Shown: piece by piece, positions 28,591 through 42,094 of the stretch | Numbering within the stretch: position 1 is the first letter of the stretch | Layout: every line of letters starts with the position of its first letter | Assembly: GCF_002113885.1 (NCBI RefSeq) | Contig: NW_018404289.1 | Coordinates: 241,750 to 305,749 of the forward strand | Direction: 5' to 3' | DNA length: 64,000 bases | From: Mizuhopecten yessoensis | Lineage: Eukaryota | Program-made: the position numbers and the translations under genes | The notes under the pieces: model-generated | What the model was told of the DNA's origin: nothing | Database searches by the model: none | The model's input: only the letters and a program-made list of their open reading frames with translations

Positions 28591-28660
28591 TGTTCAGAAC
28601 ACATTTAACATAGATTCGGTGGAATGTTTGTGTAGACTATGTACTTCGTTTTCAGGCTCA

Positions 28661-31600
28661 ATGGCTGCAGAACGACTGATAGGAAGATACAGAGAGTGGA
28701 CGTTTTTATCACGAAATTGGAATAATAAAAGGTTATTCCAAGTTCATGGCATTCGATCAGTTGGGAAGTCGAGATTTGTGGAAGAATTTTTGAAATTCAA
28801 AGAGGATAGCAAAGAGTGTTATGTGAAGGTGGTGCCGATCAAGGTAAGGACGGTATCTGGTGTAAGAGGGATTTGTTTGTCCTTATTCTCTGCTCTAAAT
28901 CTGTCAGCACCGGAAGATGACACGATCTGGACAGAAACTATATGCAGCACTCTGGCCGGAAGAGGAGATACAGACATCATAATAGTGTTTGACGACGCTG
29001 AGAATATACTAGAGAGGGAAAGCGCAGAAGAGTTCAAACAGTTTTGTAAACATTTGATTGAAAACTGCAGGAATGTCAAAATCATCATCACATCGACAAC
29101 GGAAGTTGTTTTCGAAGACATCGAAGAGCAATGCATGGACCTTCTGATACCTCCTCTCTCGCCAACAGATTCTGAGGCGTTACTTCGTCGTTATGCCCCG
29201 TCCGTGGACTTTGGACCACATCTTAAGACCATAATTGAGTTGTGTGAGGGGTTACCTCTTGCCATCGCCATGGTTGCTTCGGAGCTGACAGGAACCGGAA
29301 GTGACGCTTCCTCTCTGACTGTAGCGGAAATGTCTCTGGCGCTTCAAAACTGTCGTCTTGAGGCCTTAAGTCAGTTCATGTATACACGTAACGAAAGATT
29401 AGGTGAGTATCAAGCTGGTATATCGTTATGATAACTTTCATGTTCTTTTGACTTTAACAACATGCTTATTTTGTCAACAAATCATGTTCAACTTTAATAT
29501 ACTGGTTATATTACGAACTGAAGAACTGGTTTGCTCTATCCATTTCAACTACTTTTTCATTTCTGACTGATTGGTGTCAAATGTTTTCCATTTTTTTCTG
29601 TTCCCGTTGTTGCCTATTTATGATAATACTTAAACCCAATTTTGTCCTTGCGTTGACGCTATTGTATGGTTTTCGGTTTTGCTATACCAAGGAATGGTTC
29701 AAATTCATATTCACATGTTCTTGACTGATACAAAGATGGTTTTCATCATTTTATTTTTTATGAAATGTCTTGATGTTAAGTTCTTATATATATTTTTGTT
29801 AAGAAAAAAATGTAATTTCAATTTAGTCAAAGAGTTTTACATCGTGAGCATATCAATTTATAGACCTTCTATTTTATCAGTATCAAATGTTCTCCCCACC
29901 AGATGCTATATACGGCACGTTCCTGGAACGTTTACCAGAGTCCATGCGACACAAACTGGCCATGATAGGGTACATACCCGGAACGTTTACTCCAAGTCAC
30001 GTGAGGGAGATGATCGGTAAGTATTTGATTAACATATATGACTATCGGAATTTCGTTACATTATCCGCTTTGCATGTCGGTTACTCTTGAAATCGTCGTG
30101 TCATGACCACAATCACAATTGCTCTCTCTTGATCGGGAGGTAGTATGTGACGTGGCAAGAATCACGGATACTGAAAATCCGGTCAAAATGCCACACCATA
30201 AATGTGTTGACTTGTCAGAATTAAAGAAATATAGCATATGGATAGTTAATTGACAATCCAGCCTGATTGATAATTTGAATAATCAGCTTTTATGTCCTTT
30301 GTGTAGATGATCCAACCGTCGAAGAGGCGATGGAAACTACCATTACGCCATTGATAAGACGACATTTTCTGAAACAGGACGACATCACACAGCGATACGA
30401 TATACAAGGGATCCTAAGGAACTGTATTGACGACTTATTGGAGACTGTTAAGAACAGCCCAGGTAGGAACATTACTCACATATTTCATATGAAGGTAAAT
30501 AGCAAATAAGAGGACTTCATAATCCCACTTTCAAACATTCAAATTGTGGCATGTCCTTGTCATATACAAAACAAATATGTTTGAATGTATATGAAACCTA
30601 CATTCTAAGTAGCATGCCCCTCGATCGCTTACTGCCAATATATTTCAAAATCCCGTTTTCTCATTTTTATTCTAGCGTTTCCCTCAATTTTTGCCGACTC
30701 TTTTATAAGACATATATTCTCTGGACATGATGGCAGTATTAAGGGGTTTTACTATATATATTTACGTACTTACTATCTATATTCCCCTATATTTCCAAAT
30801 GGAGTGTTGATGTTATTTTGTTAATGAAATATAAATTCCTACTCAACTTTACTTACTTGTAGAGGCGAAGGAGAGGTTCTGTTTCCTATTTGCCCGTTTA
30901 ATGACGAAAATCGGAAGTATGCTGACAACTTCCGAATACGCAGACGCCCTGTGTCAGTATAACCAAGAACAACAGAACTTCCAGAAGCTTCTAACGAATG
31001 TGGAGCTGGTCTACTCTAACGAAGATATGTATTGCCTGTATATGGAGATAGCGGTCAATGCGTCCAACGTCATCCAGCAGTTCATGGGCGGTAATGTTAC
31101 CTTAACATAATTAGTCAATTCCTACAATACAAAAATACATAAGAACGAAAAACGATTAACTGCTACACAATCGCATTCCATTCTTTTGTCAAACTGTCCA
31201 GTCAATGATTTTAGGAGAACAGTCATAATTTATTATATACAACATTTTTCTGTAATCAAGCCGTTTTTTTTGTATCTATATATAGTTACCATTATTGAGG
31301 TCGACTGGACGGACATGACCTCAGTTTAAATATCTATAATAGGGCAACTCCTATACACACAGCTTTAATATAGGCCTTTATTTGAGAAATATTGGATAAG
31401 ATTTTCATATTTCTTTATTGTTGCATTTCCTACAACTCTCGCACCATTCTGTTTATTTACTTGTTCTCCTAACAGCGTACACTAAAAGGAAATTATACGA
31501 GTAACTTAAGCTGTTGTCATGTTCCCTTCACAATACATGTAATACGACAGTTCTTGGTTCGTTAACCAGTTTTTTTTTATATGTTGCCCAGTTAATTACC

Positions 31601-34265
31601 TTATAAGTAGAAATGCTTTTATGGTCAGTTCAGTAGAGTATGAAAGGAAGAGGATTACAAATTTCACGATATATTGGTAGCGAACTATTAAAGTTTCCCC
31701 CTACGTTAACAGCTGACGGATTCCAGTTCTACCAAGAGCTTACCGTTCTCTCGTCAAAACTGAACAGAAAGCTGGACGAGGCATGTGTTCAGTTGTGTTA
31801 TGGTGGAGCGTTGACCAATGTCAAGGTCAGTGTGACGCCTTGTTCACAATGCATCTCAAACCTGAAAGTTGAATTATCAGCATGAGTTGTAGAAATCATT
31901 TTCCATTTTTTTTATTCATTTCTTTATTAAGGATGAAACAGAGTTTAATTCCTTATTCTTCTTCATCTTTAGATTTTTATTTTGTTTCTATCCCACAATC
32001 CCTATTGAATGTGAACTAGGCATTTCTGGTAGTGAATTACTAGTTCTAAAAACTTGGTACCGTACGTTTTATGTAGATAGCAGCTAAGCTTTCCATAAGG
32101 TACATACTAGTTAAATTGTTTTATTTTTGTTTTTATATAAACTCCGTATTCTGGATGCTCTATATGCTAATGTACATAATATCAAGACAAAATTTAAAGG
32201 GATGTCATATATTTAGGGCATCTCTAAAGAAGGCGAGGCGAAATATCGTCTTGCAATACAGTACTTGGAAAACTACAGGGATGACCCATCGCTGTCATTG
32301 TCCGGTTGCTACCACGGTCTGAGGAAGGACATCCGTTATCATCTGGCAACCTCGTATCAGAGAATGGGGTGGAATCTGTTTATCCAAGGCAGAACAAGTG
32401 AAGCTATCGTGTAAGTAGTGATTTCTTATTTCATACTAAAACTGCTGATCGTATAGCAATGTTTGTCCTGACTCACTGTGTTAATTGTGTAATTTTGGCG
32501 TTATTTTAGTTATCTGGAAAAGGCTTTTGAGTTTGAGAACGAGTTAAAGATGTACACGGACGAACTAATCCTATCTACGTTGATGTCACTTGGAATAACG
32601 CACAACCTCTCTGGTAAGTAATCATATGTACGTAAATCAACGTTCTTCATATTTATACTGTTCAAATTGTCATAAGTTATATTTTCTTCATTTTCATTCT
32701 TTCCAGAATTCATTTCGTTGCTTAGAATCCTTATTGCTTTAATTTATTTCCTAAGTGAAAGGATCTGATTCTTTCAGCACCATGACCTATAATAGATTAA
32801 AAACGTGTAAACTCCATACGAAATACCTCTATCTATAAATGCCTATGTATAAATATTGAGGAAATATCCGAACTTTACCAGAAAAATGACTTTCCAATAC
32901 TTGTATATAAAACTGCTGAGGATCTCTTACAGATAAAAAATTGTATTATATCGTCCAATATTGTACATTTTGTATTTCATTAAAATATTTGTTATACAAA
33001 TGTACCAGAAATGTGTCATAATAGCGCTCATACCACCAGAAATATTGACATCTTATTTTTATACAATCTTTCCCTATATTTTGCAATATATACTCAATGC
33101 ACTACTTTGTATTCTTATCTAGAGCACACAATCCTCAGTGAAACGATCTTGATATGTCGACTACTGGTTTACGGCACTTCACTTTTTTGTTTTTGTTTTG
33201 GTAAATACTGTCCGCTTTAGACATTTATTTGTAAAGATTTTTTATTTGGATATTAATTGCCAAAAACTGTTTTTTTCGATTGATATTAATTGCCAAAAAC
33301 TATTTTTTTGGATGGATATTGATTTCTATTGGCTATTTTTCATCGTGGAACTATTAAAATTAGTGTTGTCTTTTATTATTGAAAAAAAGGACAAATGAAA
33401 ATGCACTTTTTTTACATCCCCAGAGAACATGAGCGTCGCTCTTCGGTATCACGAAGAAGCTCTTCGCCGGAGGAAACAACTTTACAAAACTCCAGAAGAT
33501 CCTGAGGGGGAAAGACATCCTGCTATTGGATCCTGCTACAACAACATGGGACTGACATACCGTAAGATGGAACGCAAGGACGAAACGCTCTACTATTTCA
33601 AAAAGTCATTGGAAGTAAAACAGAAAACCAAAGCCCCACAAAAATCTGTCGCGATATCGATTATCAATGTTGCCAGTGCTCTTTCCGAAACAGGAAAGCA
33701 TAACGAAGGTATGCTTATGTTACGAGATGCAACGGCAATTTTAAACAAGACCCCAAATATTTATCAAGACACAAAAGCTTTAGTATATGCAACGGAAGGC
33801 CAGATCATGCTCCGCAAGAAATGCTACAAAGAAAGCATTAAGCTCTTCAAGAAATCCTTATCCATTCGCAAGCACAGCGGCCCTAACAACTTTTGGTCAG
33901 GAGAGACATACAACGACCTCGCTAAGGCATACATTGGTCTCAATGATAGCAGACAGGCTCTTTATTGGCTGAATAAAGTGTTCAGTCTGCAAGAGGAATT
34001 AAAATCAGATGCTCCAACTAATTCGTTCGTGTACGACTGCTACGTTAGAGTCATGGGCGTGCTTGCTGACATTGGCAATTACGACGAGGTTGGTTACGCG
34101 TTTAATATTGCATTGCAAGAGCTGCAGCGCTTACGCGTGGAGTTCACTGCCTTGGGCAACGCTACCAAGATAGCGTGGGTAGATTCTGAAAGCAGTTCGC
34201 TTCCTGGAGTCTTTACCCGTCTGGTTCCCTGCACCGATCAGTCACAGCCACTGTGTGTCCAGTAG
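28661..34265 (+). CDS. Gene 1: STAND (NB-ARC-like) NTPase - winged helix - TPR protein, 830 aa; join(28661..29402,29903..30016,30307..30462,30863..31090,31713..31825,32217..32410,32510..32613,33424..34265)
   Basis: All seven introns are GT..AG and splicing gives one open frame of 2493 nt. Motifs: LIGR pre-P-loop, Walker A GIRSVGKS, Walker B IIVFDDAE, IIITSTT (sensor-1 position), PLSPTDSEALL, CEGLPLAI (GxP), RYDIQGILR (MHD position), KLC/TPR_12-like HPAIGSCYNNMGLTY. Candidate AATAAA at 34811. An acceptor at 28655 implies an unseen upstream exon. Confidence 0.88.
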
Positions 34266-35227
34266 ATACAGGTTACACAACACCATTGGTGAACTGTGTT
34301 AATTGAAGACCGTATAACAAATATGGGTGAGGCTGAATATCATACCAGATTTTTTTATGAACCGACGCACGCTCCAAAACCTCGAAATTTCATTCAGTTT
34401 AAAAATTAACTAAATCGAGTCAGATATACATGATATCCAACCTGCATGCAAGTCGCGTGTAGCATAGAAGTTAGCTCTCACACGCGAGATTATTTCTTTT
34501 GGACATACATTTACTGATAATATGGTTTCATTTTTTTGTACCCGTATGATGTGTTTATATATTCTCCCTTTAAATAATTTGTGAAACTACCATCATACGG
34601 ACGTGGATATAATCCAAACATAGCTTATTTTGACTTGTTGATTGAAATATTAATCTGTTTTTAAAATACTGTCTCGCTGTTTCTCAACTTTCTATAACGT
34701 ATGACGTCGTGTCGTTTTCATCAAGAAGACAATAAGCAGGACCTTGACACAATGAATAATTCATGTTTTGCGCATTTTCTCCGCTCTTGAGCTCTAAATT
34801 ACATATTTGCAATAAATTTCTTTTGTCGAAAACATTAACTTTATTTGGCTTTCTCTATCGACGAACTCAGTATTTAAATAGGTATTTCCTTAGTTCGCAT
34901 CTCTAGAATGTTTCCCATCGAGTGATGGTTGGTTATCATGTTTATCTAATTCGAGTAAGTTAATTTTCATGTTGTGTAAAGACACGATTTTAAAGTGTCT
35001 TTTAACAATCTACAAACTAACTAAGGAGAGTTAGATAAACATGATAATCAACCATCACTTGTTTAGATACATTTTCTTCCACAACGCCAAGATATTAAAT
35101 CTAAAAAATCTAATTTTTCTCTTGGAATACATTATTCCCGTTCGGGGAAACAATTGCCATGAGTTTTTACATGACAAAGCATTGTTACTTGATGTCGTTA
35201 TTTGAGGATTGACCAATGAAATAACGT

Positions 35228-37765
35228 CCAATGTGTTTCCCGCTAGTGGGTTACCAAACATGATTACCAACTCCCACCAGGTTTATCCAATGAGTTTCCC
35301 GCTAGAGGGTTACCAAACATGATTACCAACTCCTAGCAGGTTTATACAATGAGTTTCCCGCTAGTGGGTTACCAAACATGATTACCAACTCCTAGCAGGT
35401 TTATCCAATGAGTGACCCGTTAGTAATTAACCAAACATGTTTACCACTTCTTATAGGTTTATCCAATGCGTTTCCCGCTAGTGGGTTAGCAAACATGTTG
35501 ACAAACTCCTAGTAGTTTTATCCAATGAGTTTCCCGCTAGTGGGTTACCAAACATGGTGACCAACTCCTAGCAGGTTTAGAGTTTCCCGCTAGTGGGTTA
35601 TCAAAAATGTTGACAAACTCCTAGCAGGTTTATCCAATAAGTTTTCCGCTAGTGGGTTACCAAACATAGTTACCAACTCCTAGCAGGTTTATCCAATGAG
35701 TAACCCGCTAGTTGGTTACCAAACATGGTTACCAACTCCTAGCAGGTTTATCCAATGAGTGACCCGTTAGTAATTAACAAAACATGTTTACCACTCCTTA
35801 TAGGTTTATCCAATGAGTTTCCCGCTAGTGGGATACCAAACATGGTGACCAACTCCTAGCAGGTTTAGAGTTTCCCGCTAGTGGGTTATCAAAAATGTTG
35901 ACAAACTCCTAGCAGGTTTATCCAATGAGTTTCCCTCTAGTGGGTTACCAAACATGGTGACCAACTCCTAGCAGGTTTAGAGTTTCCCACTAGTGGGTTA
36001 GCAAACATGATAACCAACTCCTAGCAGGTTTATCCAATGAGTGACCCGTTAGTAATTAACCAAACATGTTTACCACTCCTTATAGGTTTATCCAATGAGT
36101 TTCCCGCTAGTGGGTTAGCAAACATGTTGACAAACTCCTAGCAGGTGTATCCAATGAGTTTTCCGCTAGTGGGTTACCAAACATGGTTACCAACTCGTAG
36201 CAGGTTTATCCAATGAGTAACCCGCTGGTGGGTTACCAAATATGATTACCAACTCCTAGCAGGTTTATCCAATACGTTTCTCGCTAGTGGGTTACCAAAC
36301 ATGATAACCAACTCCTAGAAGGTTTATCCAATGAGTTTCCCGCTAGTGGGTTACCAAACATGATTACCAACTCCTAGCAGGTTTATCCAATGAGTGACCC
36401 GTTAGTAATTAACCAAACATATTTACCCCTCCTTATAGGTTTATCCAATGAGTTTCCCGCTAGTGGGTTACAAAACATGGTGACCAACTCCTAGCAGGTT
36501 TATCCAATGAGTGACCCGTTAGTAATTTATAGGTTTATCCAATGCGTTTCCCGCTAGTGGGTTAGCAAACATGTTGACAAACTCCTAGCAGGTGTATCCA
36601 ATGAGTTTTCCGCTAGTGGGTTACCAAACATGGTTACCAACTCGTAGCAGGTTTATCCAATGAGTAACCCGCTGGTGGGTTACCAAATATGATTACCAAC
36701 TCCTAGCAGGTTTATCCAATGAGTGACCCGTTAGTAATTTATAGGTTTATCCAATGCGTTTCCCGCTAGTGGGTTACCAAACATGATTTCCAACTCCTAG
36801 CAGGTTTATCCAATGAGTGACCCGTTAGTAATTTATAGGTTTATCCAATGCGTTTCCCGCTAGTGGGTTACCAAACATGATTTCCAACTCCTAGCAGGTT
36901 TATCCAATGAGTGACCCGTTAGTAATTAACCAAACATATTTACCCCTCCTTATAGGTTTATCCAATGAGTTTCCCGCTAGTGGGTTATCAATCCAATGAG
37001 TTTCCCGCTAGTGGGTTACCAAACATGATTACCAACTCCTAGCAGGTTTATCCAATGAGTGACCCGTTAGTAATTAACCAAACATATTTACCACTCCTTA
37101 TAGGTTTATCCAATGAGTTTCCCGCTAGTGGGTTATCAAACATGTTGACAAACTCCTAGCAGGTTTATCCAATGAGTTTCCCGCTAAAGGGTTAACAAAC
37201 ATGTTGACAAACTCCTAGCAGGCTTATCCAATGAGTTTTCCGCAAGTGGGTTACCAAACATGGTTACGAACTCCTAGCAGGTTTATCCAAAGAGTTACCC
37301 GCTATTTGGTTACCAAATATGGTTACCAACTCCTAGCAGGTTTATCCAATGAGTTTTCCGCTAGTGGGTTACCAAACATGGTTACCAACTCCTAGCAGGT
37401 TTATCCAATGAGTTACCCGCTAGTGGGTTACAAAACATGTTTACCAACTCCTAGCAGGTTTATCCAATGCGTCTCTCGCTAGTGAGTAACCAGACATGTT
37501 TACCAACTCCTAGCAGGTTTATCCAATGCGTTTCTCGCTAGTGAGTAAACAGATATGTTTACCAACTCCTAGCAGGTTTATTTAATGCGTTTCTCGCTAG
37601 TGAGTAACCAGACATGTTTACCAACTGCTAGCAGGTTTATCCAATGCGTTTCTCGCTAGTGAGTAAACAGATATGTTTACCAACTCCTAGCAGGTTTATC
37701 CAATGCGTTTCTCGCTAGTGAGTAACCAGATATGTTGACCAACTCCTAGCAGGTTTATTCAATAA
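35228..37765. repeat. 59-bp satellite (CCAATGAGTTTCCCGCTAGTGGGTTACCAAACATG..., ~43 copies) with interspersed subvariants
   Basis: Units at 35281 and 35340; a variant unit gtgacccgttagtaattaac recurs. Confidence 0.95.
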
Positions 37766-37939
37766 GTTGGCAGCGAGGAAATCTATGGTGGCTTTGGGAG
37801 AAAGTAATTTGACCACCGTAATATGTTACAACACCTACAAAATCGACCAACTGATATGACGTGTATAATAACTAAACAAATAGGAATTGAAATGATTATA
37901 CTGTATCTTTTGTGTCGGAAATTCCATGGAATCTTTCGC

Positions 37940-38570
37940 TATGGATTACCGAGTTAGCTTCCCTTGTAATAACCACATCCATTGTGTGACCATGGGTGTG
38001 TTTAGTTTCTGTCACATGGTGAATTAGACCCCTGGAATCTAGTAGCCCAGAGAACTGACTAGTATTAACATAAGATATATCTTCTAAGTGGAAATATAGG
38101 TCACATGTGATAATAATCCCTTGTGGTACAACAACTTGGTGGTTTAAAAAGATAGAGCACTAAAAAAAACCCACAGTATTTCGGAAACCGTTCTGTTTAG
38201 ATTGAACAGACCTGTAAATGATACACAATTTGAATTGTTTATCACCAGCAATGACAGAACAAGTCACGTGCTCAAAATGTGTGCCTAAATCATCATGGCT
38301 GGAATAGAGATGTCTAACACTTAGGCCTTTCTTAAACAGACAAGCGACCACACCACCACGACTGTTGAGTCTAGCATTGTGAAGGAATTCTTATCCTCCT
38401 ATTGTTATTAGCTCAACTAGTACCTGGTCATCGATATGGGAATCCAACCAAGTTTCTGTTAATGCCAGAATATCAATGTCCTGAGATGTTACAACATTTC
38501 CGATGGACAGTGACTTGTTCTTCAACGAGCGACAGTCCAATGACACTAGATTCACAGGAATAGCTGACTT
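37940..38570 (-). mobile_element. Degenerate non-LTR retrotransposon (CR1/L2-like) ORF2 apurinic-endonuclease fragment
   Basis: Minus-strand translation gives LDCRSLKNK, DILALTETWL, RGGVVACL, CIIYRS, IIITCDLYFH (GDFN motif) and HGHTMDVVITR (GHTLD motif), with internal stops. Confidence 0.85.
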
Positions 38571-41390
38571 ACAATAACCGGTTGTTGTTTGATGACATGT
38601 TAACTCTCGTACGAGACCGTGTCGGAATCCGTGTGGAACTATCGTAACGAGAGTTCCGATAGTTTTGGTGGCTGTTACGTCTGTTGGTGCATTGTATCTA
38701 TGGCGGCCAGACCATTTGTGGTGACCAGCTGGACCAGATAATCGGTTTCCAGGACAGAACATTTAAATATCTTTGTTTTCCTTTTGAATAAGTGAACATT
38801 ATCAAATGTGTTATTGTATAAATTAAAAAGTCTCCGTTTCTTTGTAGGAAAGCAGTTATGATTAAATATTTTTTGAGCAGTGTTTGTTTCCGAACCAGGA
38901 AATTATCATACGGTTGTCAAAGTGATATTATTACCGACTATATGAAGTTATCAATAACTTGTTAACTCTGTCTTAAAGTGTAGATGACTCACATGTTACC
39001 TTGATTCGAGCGGGAAGTCATATTGACATGTGTCACAAAGGTAATGATAGAGGTGTAATTTGAAGATACTAGAGCAATATGAAAATTATAATGAAAAAAA
39101 AGTACCAAAAAAATAGATAAATAAAATAAAAAAATGAACAAAAACAAATGAATTCTAAGGTTAAAGGTATCGTGCCGCTAACCTGCGCTCGTTTTGCGTA
39201 TCAGCGGGATAAAACTGACATTTAAAAAAAATGTTCTTACATAGCAAAACTTATTTACTTTCCGTTAATACAACACTCAGGATGTGAAACGTGTCAAAGA
39301 TATAAAAGAAAAAGGATATAAATATTATTTTCTTTCGTGTCGAATTCAGTAATTTACATAGTGTTGAGCATGACCTTTTGGGGTTCTTTAGGTGTTGTTA
39401 GAAAAGTTCGCCAAATAGGAAAGAAGAAAAGTTTTGAGAGAACATTATGTAGCTACATGTATTGTCATGACGATAGTTATATACATGTGTTCTTTTACAG
39501 ACATACAAATGTATGTATTTAGGCAGATTCCATTATAAATATATGTTTAAAAATTAGATTTCATCTTAAAGACATATTTTTGTGTGTTTCATGGTAATAC
39601 GCTAATTCTTTATAGTTAGCTTGCGAGTAGCATTTCCTTTTAACAGTATCTTTCCATCCACTCCATACTGTCATACAAGTAAGGAAAGTCAAGGTGATTT
39701 GTAGAATAAGTGTTAAGAAATGTCCTTCCTCATGATTTATATGTGAAACATTAATGTTCTCTCTTTCAATCAATAAGAAAGCGTGAAAAATCAATAGAAA
39801 ACCTTTCTGTCCATATCACCGAACAAAGGTTTATAGAACATATGAACAGTATTGCTTTAATAATTTAGAGGGAAGGACGTTAAGCCGAGAAAAACATGAC
39901 TTATATTTCTGATAAAAATCAATTCCTTCATCGAAAACTATTTTGAGGACAGAGAGAACATAAATGTTAAAAGATGGTATACCTGGGTTTTGAATTAATT
40001 TACATATCTTGTAAAATACATTCTGTAGTTTTATACATTACATGCATCCCTGACAATGAGAAATACCATTTCAAAGCAATTTTTTTTCCGGATCGTAAAA
40101 CATGTATGCATTATATGCGTGTTCATAAAGCACACCAAACTATCATATGTTCTTTCGGTAATATCCGAGGAGTGTGAAAAATAATCAAAGTGCGTGGCTA
40201 TCTTAACCACTTTCCAAACTAAGCAAACAAAACTTATCAACCCTCAGTCTGAATGTCTGTTAGCTGAGTGAGATATAGGTGCCTTGTATTTAAAAAAACC
40301 ACACAATATCATTATTCAGTACTGGAATCTAAAAGCATTTTGAGGACTGATATGAAACGAACCATTCATATTTATTGATACAATTGAGATAGTTAACTGT
40401 GATGTAATTCGAGGCAGGGGGTTCGCCATCCCCAACATTACAAGGGTTACGCTCTAAATGTTCTCATCAACCCTGGAACAGGACAAAATAAAACGCTCTG
40501 CACGCGTCCCCTTGTGGATGTTACAGGTATACCGGTTTAATCCTTTGCTGTAAATCGATATAATCGATCGGCAGCATAGCGGTCATCTGTAACTTTCAGA
40601 GGAAAGACATCAGCCTAGCAATTGGTCAGGTGTTTCATTTGAAACCAATCAAGTAGTTATCCACGAACTATCAGTTTCGTCATGACTTTTTTTCAGGGAT
40701 GAAGAGAAACGTCAATGATCCTAATCCCTGGAGAATCGTGGATGGGATTTTACTCACGTTGTTGTTTGCGTGCGTAGATTTCCTGGACAACCCAATACTG
40801 TTGATTATTTATTATGAGTCGTAAAAAATGTTTATACTCATAGAGTTCACAGGCTTGATGTACATGATATGTACATAAACAATAAACGTTAAATACAAAA
40901 ATAATATGTCTCAATATAAATAATTATCTAAAACAGCATTTTGTTTACTGTTATTATATTTTCAGAATATCATATTAACATTGGCAGATTATGAATTTTA
41001 TATCCAAGATCTGATCGCTAACCTTCATATGTATTATTGTGTTGATTTTGGTGGCTTGACATGATAATCCTCAGTTCTTTTACTTCTAAAAGAATGAATA
41101 ATGATGTAAAACGAAATGTGCTATACTTAATAATCTGAACTCTATTACTGTTTTCGTTTTTCGATTAACACTACTCCGATCTTCTGAAAACATACTCTTG
41201 TTCTTTCTAGATAAACCGACCATTCTCACTCTGTTTTAAACAAATATAACAGTCCCGATGTATAGTCCCGGAGTAATGATCTAGGAAGAGCAAGGCACGG
41301 TGATATAAGGGTAGGATACAATAAAATCAGCAGCATTCTGGAGAGTGACGAAAAAGGAATGGGGGTCAAGTTATGGTCTCTGATCTTTAG

Positions 41391-41583
41391 TCAAGGTTTC
41401 TGCAAAAAATATGAGTTTTGTTTAAATTATTGAAGATCGTTTTGAAACCCGTAGATTTTTCGGGGGAACATGAAGGGACTTTCTACGTCATAGAACATCT
41501 GAACCTCTAAAGCTTCTCACAGACGTCATATATACCATTGAGGATACATACGGGGCCTTTTTGGAACTATAGCCCTCAGAGGG
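41391..41583 (+). pseudogene. Decayed copy of exon 4 of the STAND-TPR family (relic of a fourth paralog)
   Basis: 41513-41554 encodes LLTDVIYTIEDTYG and is 39/42 nt identical to gene 3 exon 4 (LLTDVMYTTEDTYG). Flanks align with the RFCK, VDSSEYLEG and ELALR segments. It carries a TAA and indels and is preceded by ctttag. Confidence 0.8.
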
Positions 41584-42094
41584 AAATATGGGTATACTTG
41601 CCTGTGCGTTCTATCTTGATATATAGTTGTAACACGTGGTCGTGGTAGCTGTTGATCCAGTGTCCTTTGATCCTTTGTGACTGACATAATTCCTTGATTT
41701 GACAGGGGTACCTCATGTTTTACCTGCTTCCTGTTTCGTAACTATATATTTCCACAAAACAAGGACAATTTTCCTTACAATTGATCCCTCTTACAACAGA
41801 ACATATATAATCTATTTACAAGGGCCCTAAAACAGCTATCTTTAATAGCCTTAAACATGGATCTGATACTTCAGTCGTTTTAGTGTTCACTTGTATGGTT
41901 ATACATATCCGCTTTAAAGTGTCAGTTACGTGGCTTATCACAACCCAAATCTACACCACTACTACATTGTGTAACAACTGTTTTCTACTGAACAGATGTA
42001 CACCCGGCGTTATTTACGAGGAGAGTAAACAGTGTCTGGATAACACCGCCATACCACTAAAGGTATTACATGATACCACACCAAGGTACAAACA

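Noticed and set aside
28056-28604. 182-aa and 125-aa minus-strand repeat ORFs
   Set aside because: Translations of the 57-bp VNTR in two frames; no domain or splice support.
28619-29431. Treating the NTPase and TPR ORFs as separate prokaryote-like genes (operon or horizontal transfer)
   Set aside because: Canonical spliceosomal introns with conserved phases join them into single genes.
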